In this document: piece by piece, positions 21,412-31,158 of the stretch | Position numbering within the stretch: the stretch's first letter is position 1 | Layout of the letters: every line of letters begins with the position of its first letter | Source: an uncultured delta proteobacterium | GTDB taxonomy: Bacteria > Desulfobacterota > WTBG01 > CAIYCZ01 | Reading direction: 5' to 3' | DNA: 64,000 nt | NCBI GenBank assembly: GCA_963803975.1 | Contig: CAWDOY010000001.1 | Span: forward strand, 64,001 to 128,000 | The notes under the pieces: generated by a model | Seen by the model: only the letters and a program-made list of their open reading frames with translations | Told to the model about the DNA's origin: nothing | Database searches by the model: none | Translations under genes and position numbers: made by a program

Positions 21412-21446
21412 AAAAAAGGGCAGGGCCATTACCTGACCCTGCCCTT
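21412..21446 (-). terminator. Rho-independent terminator
   Basis: AAGGGCAGGG/CCCTGCCCTT stem followed by a T-tract on the minus strand, downstream of the gene ending at 21499. Confidence 0.75.
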
Positions 21447-21498
21447 AAAAAAACCTGCTGGATATTATGCGCAATTTTTTATTTTTGTAACGCTTCGT

Positions 21499-21961
21499 TT
21501 ACTGGCCGGCCGTTGTATTCTCCTCGCCAAAACAATTTGACAGATTGAGTATCACCGGGATAAACTTTGGCAGAGAACACGCCCGGTCCTCGCCGCAGGT
21601 CGCCCTTATTTCCGCTACAGCCACTATGGTATTAGATATACAGGCAATATAAGGCAAGATTCGGGTCATCCGGATTGGTGCATACCACAGTATCCAGCAG
21701 CGCATCCAGAAGTATTGCTGATCTGCATACTATATCTTCACCACATGCATCGAGTTTACCGAGATTCTGATTAGCCGCACTGAGAATGCAGAGGCCCACG
21801 GCTAACCCATCTCCTGATGCCTGGGGTGAGATTTTTGTGTTGAGCGCTGCCAGCTGTTTAAGGTTAACAGAAGCTGACTGTGCCTGGGGCAGTCCGGCTA
21901 TTGCTAAAACTGCCAGTAAAACTGCCAACATAACGATCGATTTAGTTTTTCTGCTTTTCAT
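21499..21961 (-). CDS. Secreted Cys-rich hypothetical protein, frameshifted near 21655
   Basis: Signal peptide; joined frames give two CGEDxxC units (CGEDIVC, CGEDRAC); GGAG RBS. Confidence 0.6.
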
Positions 21962-22026
21962 AATTACTCTTCTCCTTTTACGTCTGTGTTTGTTGTTATT
22001 ACCTACTGTGCCTCATGAAAAAAGTT

Positions 22027-22326
22027 TCAGAAAGGCGCTGCTGGTTGGTGTCCAATGCTGGTCTTGTGCCGACGCCCGGTTTTAGAACTTTTAATAACAG
22101 TGTCAGCGCAGGAGCGGCACAGGCCGCGGGTTGAATCTTCCGGTGGCGGTGCAATCATTCGTACCGAGCAGTGCTTGTAAATACCCGGCATTGTATCTTT
22201 GCAGTCATCACAGGTAAGGGCTTTGCCTGTGTAGAATACACAGCCAAATACATGGTGGGGTCGGTTACATTTTTTATTAGCGCAAACTTTTACCATGACT
22301 CTCCTCCCGTAGAAGTCATAAAACAT
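22027..22326 (-). CDS. Small Cys-rich putative metal-binding protein
   Basis: CANKKC, CDDC, CRSC motifs; GGAGG RBS favours a start near 22297; sigma54 site upstream. Confidence 0.55.
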   Translation of the reverse strand: MFYDFYGRRVMVKVCANKKCNRPHHVFGCVFYTGKALTCDDCKDTMPGIYKHCSVRMIAPPPEDSTRGLCRSCADTVIKSSKTGRRHKTSIGHQPAAPF

Positions 22327-22388
22327 GAACCTGTTTCAGTTGGTTGCTTCTCTTTAGCGCGCGCTCTTTTTTTCTAACATTCAGTTGA

Positions 22389-22403
22389 GCAACGACTGTG
22401 CCA
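22389..22403 (-). promoter_or_regulatory. Sigma54 (-24/-12) promoter
   Basis: Minus strand reads TGGCAC-AGTCG-TTGCT, matching the TGGCAC-N5-TTGC consensus. Confidence 0.75.
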
Positions 22404-22723
22404 TTTGCAGAGATACTGCCCATTTTACCGGCAAGAATAAAAAGATGTATCTAATTTCAATGTGTTATTAAATTATTTTTGAGAAAATTCCAACAGGCAC
22501 CCTCGGGGATACACTCAAGGTTAAGGCTGTTTTCAACCAATTGCTTTGCGTGGACGATCACTAACTGGTTATATTGGAACGAGGCATTTGTGAAATTAAA
22601 ACTGTTTGTTTGCTCTGTACCTTCCGTGTTCAGGAAGGTGAATTGTGCCCTCACGAACCCCCAATTTATTAATCATTACCTGATAGAGAAGGAAACTTTA
22701 TATAAATTTTATATAGTTTTTTA

Positions 22724-22752
22724 TTGACTATCCTTTTTTATTAGGTTAGGCT
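22724..22752 (+). promoter_or_regulatory. Putative sigma70 promoter
   Basis: TTGACT-17 bp-TAGGCT in AT-rich DNA upstream of the serine hydrolase. Confidence 0.45.
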
Positions 22753-22928
22753 TTTCTGGGTTTTTAACAGCTTCCTTTCTCTGGGCAGCTATGTCTGAGC
22801 CGCTATTTTATTATAATTGGAAGCATTCGCATTTAATTTATTCTGCACCATATAGAGTATCACTTATTCCGGCTTTTTCCATGGCAGGGTAATCAGCCGG
22901 AGTAGATACCAATAATAACGGGAGGAGT

Positions 22929-24146
22929 TTGATGCAGAGAGTCATAGCAGCAGGGAAGACTTTTTTACTGATACTCTCTCTTGTCCTTATCTCTCCGCTG
23001 GCGAGCGAGGGGGCCAAGCCCCAGGAAGTGGCCGCTCCCCCGTCCCCTGAAAAGATTCAGACCGCCGCATCTGCAGCAAACAGCCAGAATAAAAAAGCCG
23101 CGATAAAAAAAACAGCGTATCGGAAACACCGCGCTAAATCTGCGTACCACAGGCAGGCAGCTGCCCCGCAGCGTGCTTCGAAGATTTCCAGAAAAATATG
23201 CCGGCCTATTTATGCACGCAGTCTTGAAGAGCTTCAGGGCCCGCTCCCGGAGATTGTTGCTGCGGAAATCAGTAAATTGCGGAATAACCGCCACCTGCTC
23301 AATAGCGACGACATATCAATACATATTCACGACTTGAAAAAGGATGAGACGGTGGTCAACATAAAGGCTGACCGGATACGCAATGCCGCAAGCCTTATCA
23401 AACCGCTTGTCATGCTTACCGTGTATGATCTTGCCTTTCAGAACAAACTCTGCCTCACGGATTCAATAGAAACGCATATATATAAAATGATCACCGTAAG
23501 CAACAACGAATCCACCAACAGCCTGATTCGCCTGGTCGGGGACGGCAGTACGGTGCGGGGGCTGGAGAAGATTAATGCTACTGTCAGGAAATACGGTTTC
23601 CGGGACACCTATCTTGTGGAAGCTATTCCTGAAGGCGGCAGGACCTACCGCAACCGGACATCTGCCTATGACCTGAGCGAATATTTCCGGAAGATTTACA
23701 AGCGCAGCATTATCTCGCCCCATTATTCCCAGAAGATGATCGATGTTCTGCTTGATAACCATGTGCGCCGCATCAAAACAGCGGTGCTGGTTCAGGACGG
23801 CGTGCCGGTTGCGGACAAGACCGGGTATGTGTGCGGGACGAACGGTGACAGCGGCATTGTTTTCCTGCGCAATATCAACCGGAATGCCTCTGACTATGTC
23901 ATTTCCATCATTATTGAAAATCCATACCGGCCGACCAATGGATGGGGAAGGCGCAAGACCGAGGTAATCCGCCATCTGTCAAACGTCATCTATTCTTATT
24001 TCAGACAGCAGCAGGCAGCCCAAACCGCCCGTAGCCGCGACCAGCAAGGGATAGCGCTTTCCTGTGCACCATCACCCCGCCTGATACGCTGCGATCAATG
24101 CGTTAATCTTTTCTTCTATTATCAATTCAGCCGCAATAACATCTGA
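22929..24146 (+). CDS. Exported serine hydrolase, class A beta-lactamase/PBP-like fold
   Basis: ASLIK (SxxK), SNN (SxN), DKTG (KTG); signal peptide and basic low-complexity linker. Confidence 0.85.
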   Translation: MMQRVIAAGKTFLLILSLVLISPLASEGAKPQEVAAPPSPEKIQTAASAANSQNKKAAIKKTAYRKHRAKSAYHRQAAAPQRASKISRKICRPIYARSLEELQGPLPEIVAAEISKLRNNRHLLNSDDISIHIHDLKKDETVVNIKADRIRNAASLIKPLVMLTVYDLAFQNKLCLTDSIETHIYKMITVSNNESTNSLIRLVGDGSTVRGLEKINATVRKYGFRDTYLVEAIPEGGRTYRNRTSAYDLSEYFRKIYKRSIISPHYSQKMIDVLLDNHVRRIKTAVLVQDGVPVADKTGYVCGTNGDSGIVFLRNINRNASDYVISIIIENPYRPTNGWGRRKTEVIRHLSNVIYSYFRQQQAAQTARSRDQQGIALSCAPSPRLIRCDQCVNLFFYYQFSRNNI

Positions 24147-24887
24147 CGCAGTTTTAAACTCAGAGGCAAGGCTTACGAGGATTTTGTCAAACCGGGAGGG
24201 CTTTATCGCCCAGCTCTTCTCATATTCAATGCGCGCGATATGATATTCTGCCCGTGAAAAATAGTACTTGCCGAGCCGGCTCCCGCGGGAAGCAAATTTC
24301 CAGCACGCTTTCAACTGAAAATAGTCCTGCAGGGCCTTCTTTATTGCCGGCTTTGTGAACAGCTCGCGCTTGAGACTCTCACCGAGCCGGTTCTGGACAA
24401 TGCTGAAAAATTCCTTGATAAAATCAATATCCGTAATAACCAGCCCGTACAGGTACCAGTCATCAAGTGCTGCAGCCGCGGCAGCCTGTTCCGCCACCGT
24501 TAAATAGCTGTAGCTGGGACAGAAGTGTCCGTCACACATCTCAACTCCGTAGAATGAGCAGCCTCTCAGGTCAACGCCGTGATGAAGGGCAGGGTGCAGC
24601 AGGCAGCCGATATTTTTTCTGCTTTTGTCCAGAAAGCCGATGAACTCGCAGTTATAGATTGTGTCGCAGAGTTTATGCTGAGGCGAAAACTCGCTGCGCA
24701 AATCAAGGTACACATCAGGGTCGGGGGTTTCGCCGAGAGAAAAGAACAAGCTGGTATTGCTCTCAAGAAGTAAGGTGAGCGTTTCTTTTGAGTGGTCTAA
24801 CCAGTTATAGAGGCCGCAGCAGGCGCCGCAGGATTTTGTATCATCAGGCTGGCAGAGATGGATGGGATATCTGGCGGGCTGCTCCAT
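24072..24887 (-). CDS. Cys-rich hypothetical protein
   Basis: LCQPDDTKSCGACCGLYN, C.F.GFLD..GCLLHP, C..YG...C.GHFCP; co-oriented with udk. Confidence 0.75.
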   Translation of the reverse strand: MEQPARYPIHLCQPDDTKSCGACCGLYNWLDHSKETLTLLLESNTSLFFSLGETPDPDVYLDLRSEFSPQHKLCDTIYNCEFIGFLDKSRKNIGCLLHPALHHGVDLRGCSFYGVEMCDGHFCPSYSYLTVAEQAAAAAALDDWYLYGLVITDIDFIKEFFSIVQNRLGESLKRELFTKPAIKKALQDYFQLKACWKFASRGSRLGKYYFSRAEYHIARIEYEKSWAIKPSRFDKILVSLASEFKTASDVIAAELIIEEKINALIAAYQAG

Positions 24888-24894
24888 ACGACTT

Positions 24895-25182
24895 TCATTT
24901 TTTAAAGATGGTATCCAGCGGGTTCTGCTTTTTCTGCTTGAGGCTATCCGATGCCGCGGTGTCTGAAGAATCCTTAAAGGAGAAATACTCGCAGAAATTT
25001 CCCCGGTCCTTGTCGAGCACCCTCTCAGCCTGCGTTTCCCGGCACTGGTTAGAAGATTTTGGATCGTAGAAACGGCAGTTGAGGCAGCAGCGCACATCCG
25101 CTTCACAGTGCGGGCAGGTCTCGCTTCTGCCCGGCTTTTCTACGACCGGGATCTGCTTTTTGCAGGAGTAACATACCTTCAT
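24895..25182 (-). CDS. Small Zn-ribbon protein
   Basis: CYSC, CPHC, CLNCRFYD, NFCEYF motifs. Confidence 0.75.
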   Translation of the reverse strand: MKVCYSCKKQIPVVEKPGRSETCPHCEADVRCCLNCRFYDPKSSNQCRETQAERVLDKDRGNFCEYFSFKDSSDTAASDSLKQKKQNPLDTIFKK

Positions 25183-25213
25183 GAAGCTACTATACACTAT
25201 CAGGGCATGCAGT

Positions 25214-25840
25214 TCAATGGGTGCCGGGCCGCCTGGTTGTCTGCAGCTCCCGTATTGCCGCAATGACGATCTGCCAGTTATCTCCCGGTTTTAAAATAAT
25301 ATCCGCTTTCTCTTTTGATGGCTCTATATACTTCAGGTGCATGGGCCGGACTGTTTCAAGGTACTGCTGTGCGACGGATGCAACCGTTCTTCCCCGTTCC
25401 TGCACATCACGTGCTATTCTTCGCAGCAGGCGGATATCTGTTGCTTCATCAATAAATATTCGTAAATCAAAAAGCCGGCATAGTTCTTCAATGGCAAAAA
25501 TAAGGATACCGTCGACCACTACTATTTCTCCGGGCTCAATCCTGACGGTTTCCCGTTTCCTGGTGTGGGCAGTAAAATCATAGACCTGCTTTTCAATGGA
25601 CTGCCCCTTCCGTAGAAGCTGTAGGTGTTTTATGAGCAAAGGTATATCAAGCGCATCAGGATGATCAAAATTGAAATGGTGCCGCTCATGCAGCGGTATA
25701 TGGGACCGGTCACGATAATATGAGTCGGTGTCAATCAGCTTCGCGCGCGTTTCACCAAAATCGGCAATAATCTTTTGTGCCAGGGTTGTCTTTCCTGAGC
25801 CGGTACCGCCGCAGATGCCGATAAGGAGGGGAGAGAGCAT
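25214..25840 (-). CDS. udk: Uridine kinase
   Basis: GGTGSGKTT, DSYY, NFDHPDA, RRIARDVQERGR, YIEPSK..AD. Confidence 0.95.
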   Translation of the reverse strand: MLSPLLIGICGGTGSGKTTLAQKIIADFGETRAKLIDTDSYYRDRSHIPLHERHHFNFDHPDALDIPLLIKHLQLLRKGQSIEKQVYDFTAHTRKRETVRIEPGEIVVVDGILIFAIEELCRLFDLRIFIDEATDIRLLRRIARDVQERGRTVASVAQQYLETVRPMHLKYIEPSKEKADIILKPGDNWQIVIAAIRELQTTRRPGTH

Positions 25841-25952
25841 AATTTACCCTTAAGAAAAGATGACAGATAGACAGGCAACAGGCAATAGACTAAAAACTTT
25901 GAACCTTAAACGTTAAACTTTAAACTCGAAACTTTAAACGCCCCCGGTTTTT

Positions 25953-26453
25953 TTATTTATCAGAGACGGCTGCAAAAAAGATAAACGGAATTTGTTGTGT
26001 CAAACGGCCTTCTTCAATGTATTCCCTTAAGGTAAAGAGCCCTATGATATAGGTATCGAAAAGATACAACCCTTTGAAATGAGAGCTATAACGGTACGTC
26101 CCGGCTTTTTGCATGGTGAATTCCCAGTCAGCTTCAAATAGATAGTCAGTAATGGTGTATTTGCCGTGCGGGGTGATAGGCGTCTCACGTTCCATTTTGA
26201 TTTCCAGGGTTCCCCGGTCGTATAAAAATATGGTTGCGGGGCCCACAGAATGCTCTTTTTTCAGGCTGAAAAACTGCACGCGGAATGCTTTCCCGGAGCT
26301 TTCCTTTTTATTCTGTTCCTGCTTCGGCTTTTCATGTGATCTGGTGGTGCTCACGTTTGAAAAAGCGGGCGTAACAGCACACAAAAAAAACGTGTACAAA
26401 GCACAAAATAATGTGTAGTGAAATGACTTATAATAATATTTATTTTTCAACAT
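25953..26453 (-). CDS. Exported hypothetical protein
   Basis: Hydrophobic N-terminus ending ..PAFS, followed by a beta-rich soluble domain. Confidence 0.55.
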   Translation of the reverse strand: MLKNKYYYKSFHYTLFCALYTFFLCAVTPAFSNVSTTRSHEKPKQEQNKKESSGKAFRVQFFSLKKEHSVGPATIFLYDRGTLEIKMERETPITPHGKYTITDYLFEADWEFTMQKAGTYRYSSHFKGLYLFDTYIIGLFTLREYIEEGRLTQQIPFIFFAAVSDK

Positions 26454-26559
26454 ACTTAAAAGCCATTGCCATGGATCCCGGCTGGCGGGAGGGCGAAGCA
26501 ATCGTTCTTTATGGGCAGATTAATTATATATCCCTAACGAATCTTAAACAAGGAGATTT

Positions 26560-27024
26560 ATGATGAACAGCCCGGCATGGAGAAGCACGTGCAATAGAAG
26601 AGCAGTGATGGTACTCGCGGGTCTGGTCCTTTTAAGCGGTTGCGCCCGGATACCCGCAGTCCGCATTAAAAACCAGAAAGGCGCGGTGCTGAGCGTGGAG
26701 GTTGAAATAGTACGGAAACCGGCCGAGAGAAACCTCGGGCTCATGTATCGAAAGTCTTTGGCTAAAGACAGCGGTATGCTCTTTATTTTTGAGGACGAGA
26801 TTAAACATACGTTTACCATGAAAAATACTTTTATCCCGCTGGATATGATTTTTATCGGCCGGGATATGCGCATCGCCGGCTGGGTGGAAAACGCAAAGCC
26901 CCTCTCTCAGGAGCAGTTTTCGATTGCCCGGCCCTCGCAATATGTGCTTGAGGTGAATGCCTTTTTCTGCCGGGATCAGGGGCTGACAATAGGTGATGAG
27001 GTGACGTTCAAGAATATAGATTAG
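26560..27024 (+). CDS. DUF192 family lipoprotein
   Basis: GLMYR, GMLFIF, MKNTFIPLDMIFI, YVLEVNA; lipobox LSGC. Confidence 0.9.
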   Translation: MMNSPAWRSTCNRRAVMVLAGLVLLSGCARIPAVRIKNQKGAVLSVEVEIVRKPAERNLGLMYRKSLAKDSGMLFIFEDEIKHTFTMKNTFIPLDMIFIGRDMRIAGWVENAKPLSQEQFSIARPSQYVLEVNAFFCRDQGLTIGDEVTFKNID

Positions 27025-27080
27025 CAGGCTGCTGAAAAACACCCATCTGCTTCGTTGCGCTCATCCTTCGTCATTGCGAC
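27022..27080. repeat. Partial inverted copy of the 890-1046 element
   Basis: TAGCAGGCTGCTGAAAAACACCCATCTGCTTCGTTGCGCTCATCCTTCGTCATTGCG is the near-identical reverse complement of about 990-1046. Confidence 0.85.
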
Positions 27081-27304
27081 ATTTTACCCCGGCGCTGGCA
27101 TCCTTCGGAGTTGTTCATGAAAGAACAAAGTTTCTCAGGATACGCCTCACATTCCCCTTGCCATAATGGGGGGATCAGGGGGCGCATTGCATGCATGAAA
27201 CCTCGGCACAATGCTTTTGAGTTGAACAATACTCTTTCAGGAGTTCCGTTTAACGGGAAGCGGCAATACGCTGCTTGTAAACAGTAATTAACCGGGGATA
27301 TAAA

Positions 27305-27964
27305 ATGCTGCGAGCCGTTATTTTTGACATGGATGGCGTCATCATAGACAGCCAGCCCTATCACTTTGCCGTCGAGGAAAAGATTTTCCGTGAATTAGGC
27401 GTTGCTGTCACGGAGGAAGAAAGTCATTCATTTGTCGGCATGGCAGGCGACCGGATGTGGTTATATGTCAAAAATAAATTTGGCTTGAGGCAGTCACTAA
27501 AAGAGCTTGTGGAATATGACAACAGGATTCGCATTGATTATTTTGCGTCACTTGCAAAGGTAACACCAATTCCCGGCATTGTGGATTTGCTGGAGGAGCT
27601 TAACCGGAATAATATCAAAATTGCTTTAGCTTCATCATCATCCGTTGAAGTCATCGAAATATTCATTTCAAAATCAGGACTCAAACATTACTTTCAGCAG
27701 ATCATAAGCGGGGACTTTGTAGAGAAGGGAAAGCCTGCCCCGGACATCTTTATCCATACAGCGCAAGCGCTACAGGAAGCTGCTGCAGACTGTGTTGTGA
27801 TAGAGGATTCTGCCAATGGGGTGAAAGCGGCAAAAATGGCTGGCATGAAATGCATAGGCTTCAGCAACGCAAATTCCGGTGACCAGGATTTGTCATTGGC
27901 GGATATGGTGATTGATGATTTTACAAAAGTTAATTTAGAAATATTTGAATCACTGTATAATTAA
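27305..27964 (+). CDS. HAD-superfamily phosphatase (beta-PGM/CbbY-like)
   Basis: FDMDGV, ASSS, GKPAPDIF, IEDSANGVKAA. Confidence 0.92.
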   Translation: MLRAVIFDMDGVIIDSQPYHFAVEEKIFRELGVAVTEEESHSFVGMAGDRMWLYVKNKFGLRQSLKELVEYDNRIRIDYFASLAKVTPIPGIVDLLEELNRNNIKIALASSSSVEVIEIFISKSGLKHYFQQIISGDFVEKGKPAPDIFIHTAQALQEAAADCVVIEDSANGVKAAKMAGMKCIGFSNANSGDQDLSLADMVIDDFTKVNLEIFESLYN

Positions 27965-28063
27965 ACGGAAATAAGGAAAATTTGTTGGACATCTGGAAGA
28001 AAAACTGAGTAAGATATTGCAACGCAAAAAGATAGGAGACCTAAGAAGAAAAACTAGTATGGT
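27771..28063 (+). repeat. Direct repeat copy 1 (HAD 3' end plus downstream DNA)
   Basis: Aligns end to end with 32418-32714, with scattered substitutions. Confidence 0.9.
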
Positions 28064-28556
28064 GTTTTCGGATTTGGATTTGGGATTTGGGGGATTTGGG
28101 GAATAAGCTTGGCACGTTTTTCATTCCGGCCTATGTCTATGTCGCCCGGTCGGTTCATGCCAAAAGTTGAGCAAGACGGACGAAATGAACAGGAAGATAC
28201 TTTTGGTACTGTCAAAAGTTTTATGAAAAGAGGATGAGATATGGAACCACAGAGTTCACGGAGAAATTCTCGTGGTCTCAATGCTATAAAATCGGGAAGG
28301 CAATAAATTAAGAATTTACCGTTTTTTATCTTGGGGAGTTCCTGAATTCGAAATGCTTTATCCTTTTTGTTTCGCGGTGGCCTTCCAGGTACCTGGTTAT
28401 GGAACGGGGGGTTGAATTGAGGATACAGAGGATAACAATAGCGAGAACACAGAGGGGAGGGAACAGAATTTCTGTTAACTTCTTGAAATAAAATATTTTC
28501 TCTGTGAGCACTGTGGTCAATTTTTGACAAAACGATACTTTTCAAAAGGAGGCCAC

Positions 28557-28862
28557 ATGAAGAAATGCGGGGTTAGGGTTTTTCTAATGATTTTTATCAG
28601 TGCTTTTTTTGTACTGATTGGCAGAGTTTTGTGGGCACAGGATAGAGGCATACCGACAGAGGCAATCAAGAACGCTTACCAACAGATACTCGCCGGTGCC
28701 GACAAGAACGGCGACGGCAAGATCAGCACGCAGGAATGCACGGCCATGTCAACGGCCAAGGAGATGGAGAAGAACTGCAAGTACTGGGATGCCAACGGCG
28801 ACGGGGTCATTACAGAGGACGAGTATGTGCAGCAGGTCAAGAAGATTGGGAATAGGAAGTGA
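28557..28862 (+). CDS. Secreted EF-hand Ca-binding protein
   Basis: DKNGDGKISTQE and DANGDGVITEDE canonical EF loops; signal peptide; AGGAGG RBS. Confidence 0.85.
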   Translation: MKKCGVRVFLMIFISAFFVLIGRVLWAQDRGIPTEAIKNAYQQILAGADKNGDGKISTQECTAMSTAKEMEKNCKYWDANGDGVITEDEYVQQVKKIGNRK

Positions 28863-29223
28863 GGACTTGGGGACATTGTTTCTTTGGAATGGGGGATAGG
28901 CACCTAATTTTAAAATGAGAGGATTGGCTGCATCAAGCGGTCACGTTCCAGGAGTATGCTGCCATGGATTAGTTTCGCTGCTATCCCTACACCACCAATA
29001 TATTTTTCTGCAAGCTGTTCTGGAAGAGGGATTTTCCGGGAGCTTTCCGATATAACCTTTGTACCTCATACATATCCTTTTCTTTTTTTACTAAATCAAA
29101 ACCGATGACTATCCTCATTATTTATGTTATCTAATATATATAAGGAATAGTAACGATTTAAAAAAGTCAGTATAGGATTATCACTGCACGTTACAAATGA
29201 ATTACCCTTTAAAAGGAGGATAT

Positions 29224-30978
29224 ATGACAAGACGAGACCTAAAAAGCACACTGTCAATCTTCACCGTCTGTATTATGACCGCTGCAGTTTTTTTAGTGTA
29301 CACCGGGTGTACAAAGCAAAACAATATCCCGGAAGCACTTGATTCGGTCACAGGTGAAGACGGAACTACCTGGGAGCGCGTCACCGAGCCTGGCTTTGGC
29401 AATGGTAACAATATTTCTGTGGCAGCCATTGGAGAATACAAGGGCCGTATCTATGCAACGACCCGTAATGATGTTGAAGGAGCAGAGGTATGGAGAACCA
29501 ACGGTAACGGCTGGGAACAGGTAGAAATAGTCGCGGGATTTAAACACGGCATCTATGGCAACACCATGCTTAACAATCTGTGGAGCAAGATGGTCGTTTT
29601 CAAGGATAAACTGTATGTCGGTTTTTCCGCAGGCCTGCAGGGGACCGTGCTGCAATCATCAGGCTGTGAAATCTGGAGTTATGATGGGAAAACCTGGGAA
29701 CCGGTTGTGTCTGACAAAAAAGATATTGATGAAGCTGGTACCATCACTGCCATTGCCGGATGTGAGGATAAGGATGCGGAAATCACTGCACAGTTTACTG
29801 ACAGTGCAAAGAACTGGACCGCTAACGAATGGGCTGGCGGCGTATTACAAATCACTTCCGGTCAGGGAGCATACCGCAGGTTTGATATTGTGAGCAATAC
29901 TGCCAACACCCTTACCATACAGCAGAATGAAACCACCGGTGATTACGGGAAAGAATACACGGTGTGCGGCACAAAACATTATTCTAATCCCTTCCCTGTA
30001 TATGAGTATGACCTTGGCCCAATAAAGCTCGGTGATAGTTATGAAATAGGTATCGGGACTGATGAAAATGGTTTTGGCGACTACTGGAACAAGACCGTCA
30101 CGGAAATGCTGGTATTTGATGACAAGCTCTATGTAAGCACCGGCCTCAACTATGACAATGGCGCCCAGGTATGGTTTTCGGAAGATGGAGAGACCTGGCA
30201 GGTAACCCAGCCGCCCAACAGCTTCGGTAATTACCATGATGATCCAAATTATAAAGATGGCAAAAAGGCCGTCAGCAGCAGCATCAGCGATATCGGTGTG
30301 TCTGACGTGTCAGGAAAGCCGGTGCTCTATGCAGCAGGCACCGGTACCACGGGAGCCAAAGGCCGCTGCACCCGCATGGCAAAGCTTACCAGCACCGGGT
30401 GGGAGCTCATTGTTGACTCAGATGTTGATGCAAATGACACCGGCACCAACGAAAACGGCTTTGGCGATGGCCTGGGGTGCACCATGAATAACGGTAATTT
30501 CATGGGCTGGAGCCTGCAACATTTCAAAGATAAATTGTATGTCGGCATCAATTCACTCGGCGGCACCAGGGTACTGTATACGCCAAACGGCAGTTCCGAA
30601 GATGGCAACTGGTTTTTCAGTGTCGGTCCGGGCACCCCGTATCCCATAGGCTTTGATGGCCAACTGCTGCAGACAGATGACCCTAACTTCATCGGCACCT
30701 ACAGGAATATAGCCAACAACCTCTTCGTGTTTGATGATGTACTGTATGCCGGAGTTATTGACCAGAAGAGTGAAAAGGTTGAGACCGGGATACCGCTCTG
30801 GAAAACCCCTGATGGGATAACCTGGACCAGGATAACTGACAACAGTTTTGGTCAAACCGCAGCGCTGGCCTTTGAGGGTTTTGCCACATGTTTCGACGCT
30901 ATGTACGTAGGAGTGAACAACGCTTCTTCTTCCCAGTCAAATACCGGAGGCGCAACGATCTTCCGGATGGCTAAATAA
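29224..30978 (+). CDS. Lipoprotein with repeated beta-propeller-like units
   Basis: Lipobox YTGC; recurring F.DKLYVG / G.E.W...G..W / NGFG motifs; AGGAGG RBS. Confidence 0.75.
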   Translation: MTRRDLKSTLSIFTVCIMTAAVFLVYTGCTKQNNIPEALDSVTGEDGTTWERVTEPGFGNGNNISVAAIGEYKGRIYATTRNDVEGAEVWRTNGNGWEQVEIVAGFKHGIYGNTMLNNLWSKMVVFKDKLYVGFSAGLQGTVLQSSGCEIWSYDGKTWEPVVSDKKDIDEAGTITAIAGCEDKDAEITAQFTDSAKNWTANEWAGGVLQITSGQGAYRRFDIVSNTANTLTIQQNETTGDYGKEYTVCGTKHYSNPFPVYEYDLGPIKLGDSYEIGIGTDENGFGDYWNKTVTEMLVFDDKLYVSTGLNYDNGAQVWFSEDGETWQVTQPPNSFGNYHDDPNYKDGKKAVSSSISDIGVSDVSGKPVLYAAGTGTTGAKGRCTRMAKLTSTGWELIVDSDVDANDTGTNENGFGDGLGCTMNNGNFMGWSLQHFKDKLYVGINSLGGTRVLYTPNGSSEDGNWFFSVGPGTPYPIGFDGQLLQTDDPNFIGTYRNIANNLFVFDDVLYAGVIDQKSEKVETGIPLWKTPDGITWTRITDNSFGQTAALAFEGFATCFDAMYVGVNNASSSQSNTGGATIFRMAK

Positions 30979-31007
30979 AACCAACCACCGTACATAATTT
31001 TCTCAAT

Positions 31008-31041
31008 AAAAAAGCACCTGTACTTTTACAGGTGCTTTTTT
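31008..31041. terminator. Bidirectional rho-independent terminator
   Basis: AAAAAAGCACCTGTA-CTTT-TACAGGTGCTTTTTT between convergent genes. Confidence 0.9.
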
Positions 31042-31158
31042 CAATTGGGCTCATAGTAGGCTCTTATTTTAAATGGCCCCTTTTGCGGCAATCGTTACAG
31101 CAAATGCAGACGTTGCAGTAACAAAAAAATATCTGCATTAATTAGTAGTTTTAAATCC

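Noticed and set aside
28110..28126. Sigma54 promoter TGGCACG
   Set aside because: The -12 TTGC element is missing at the required spacing
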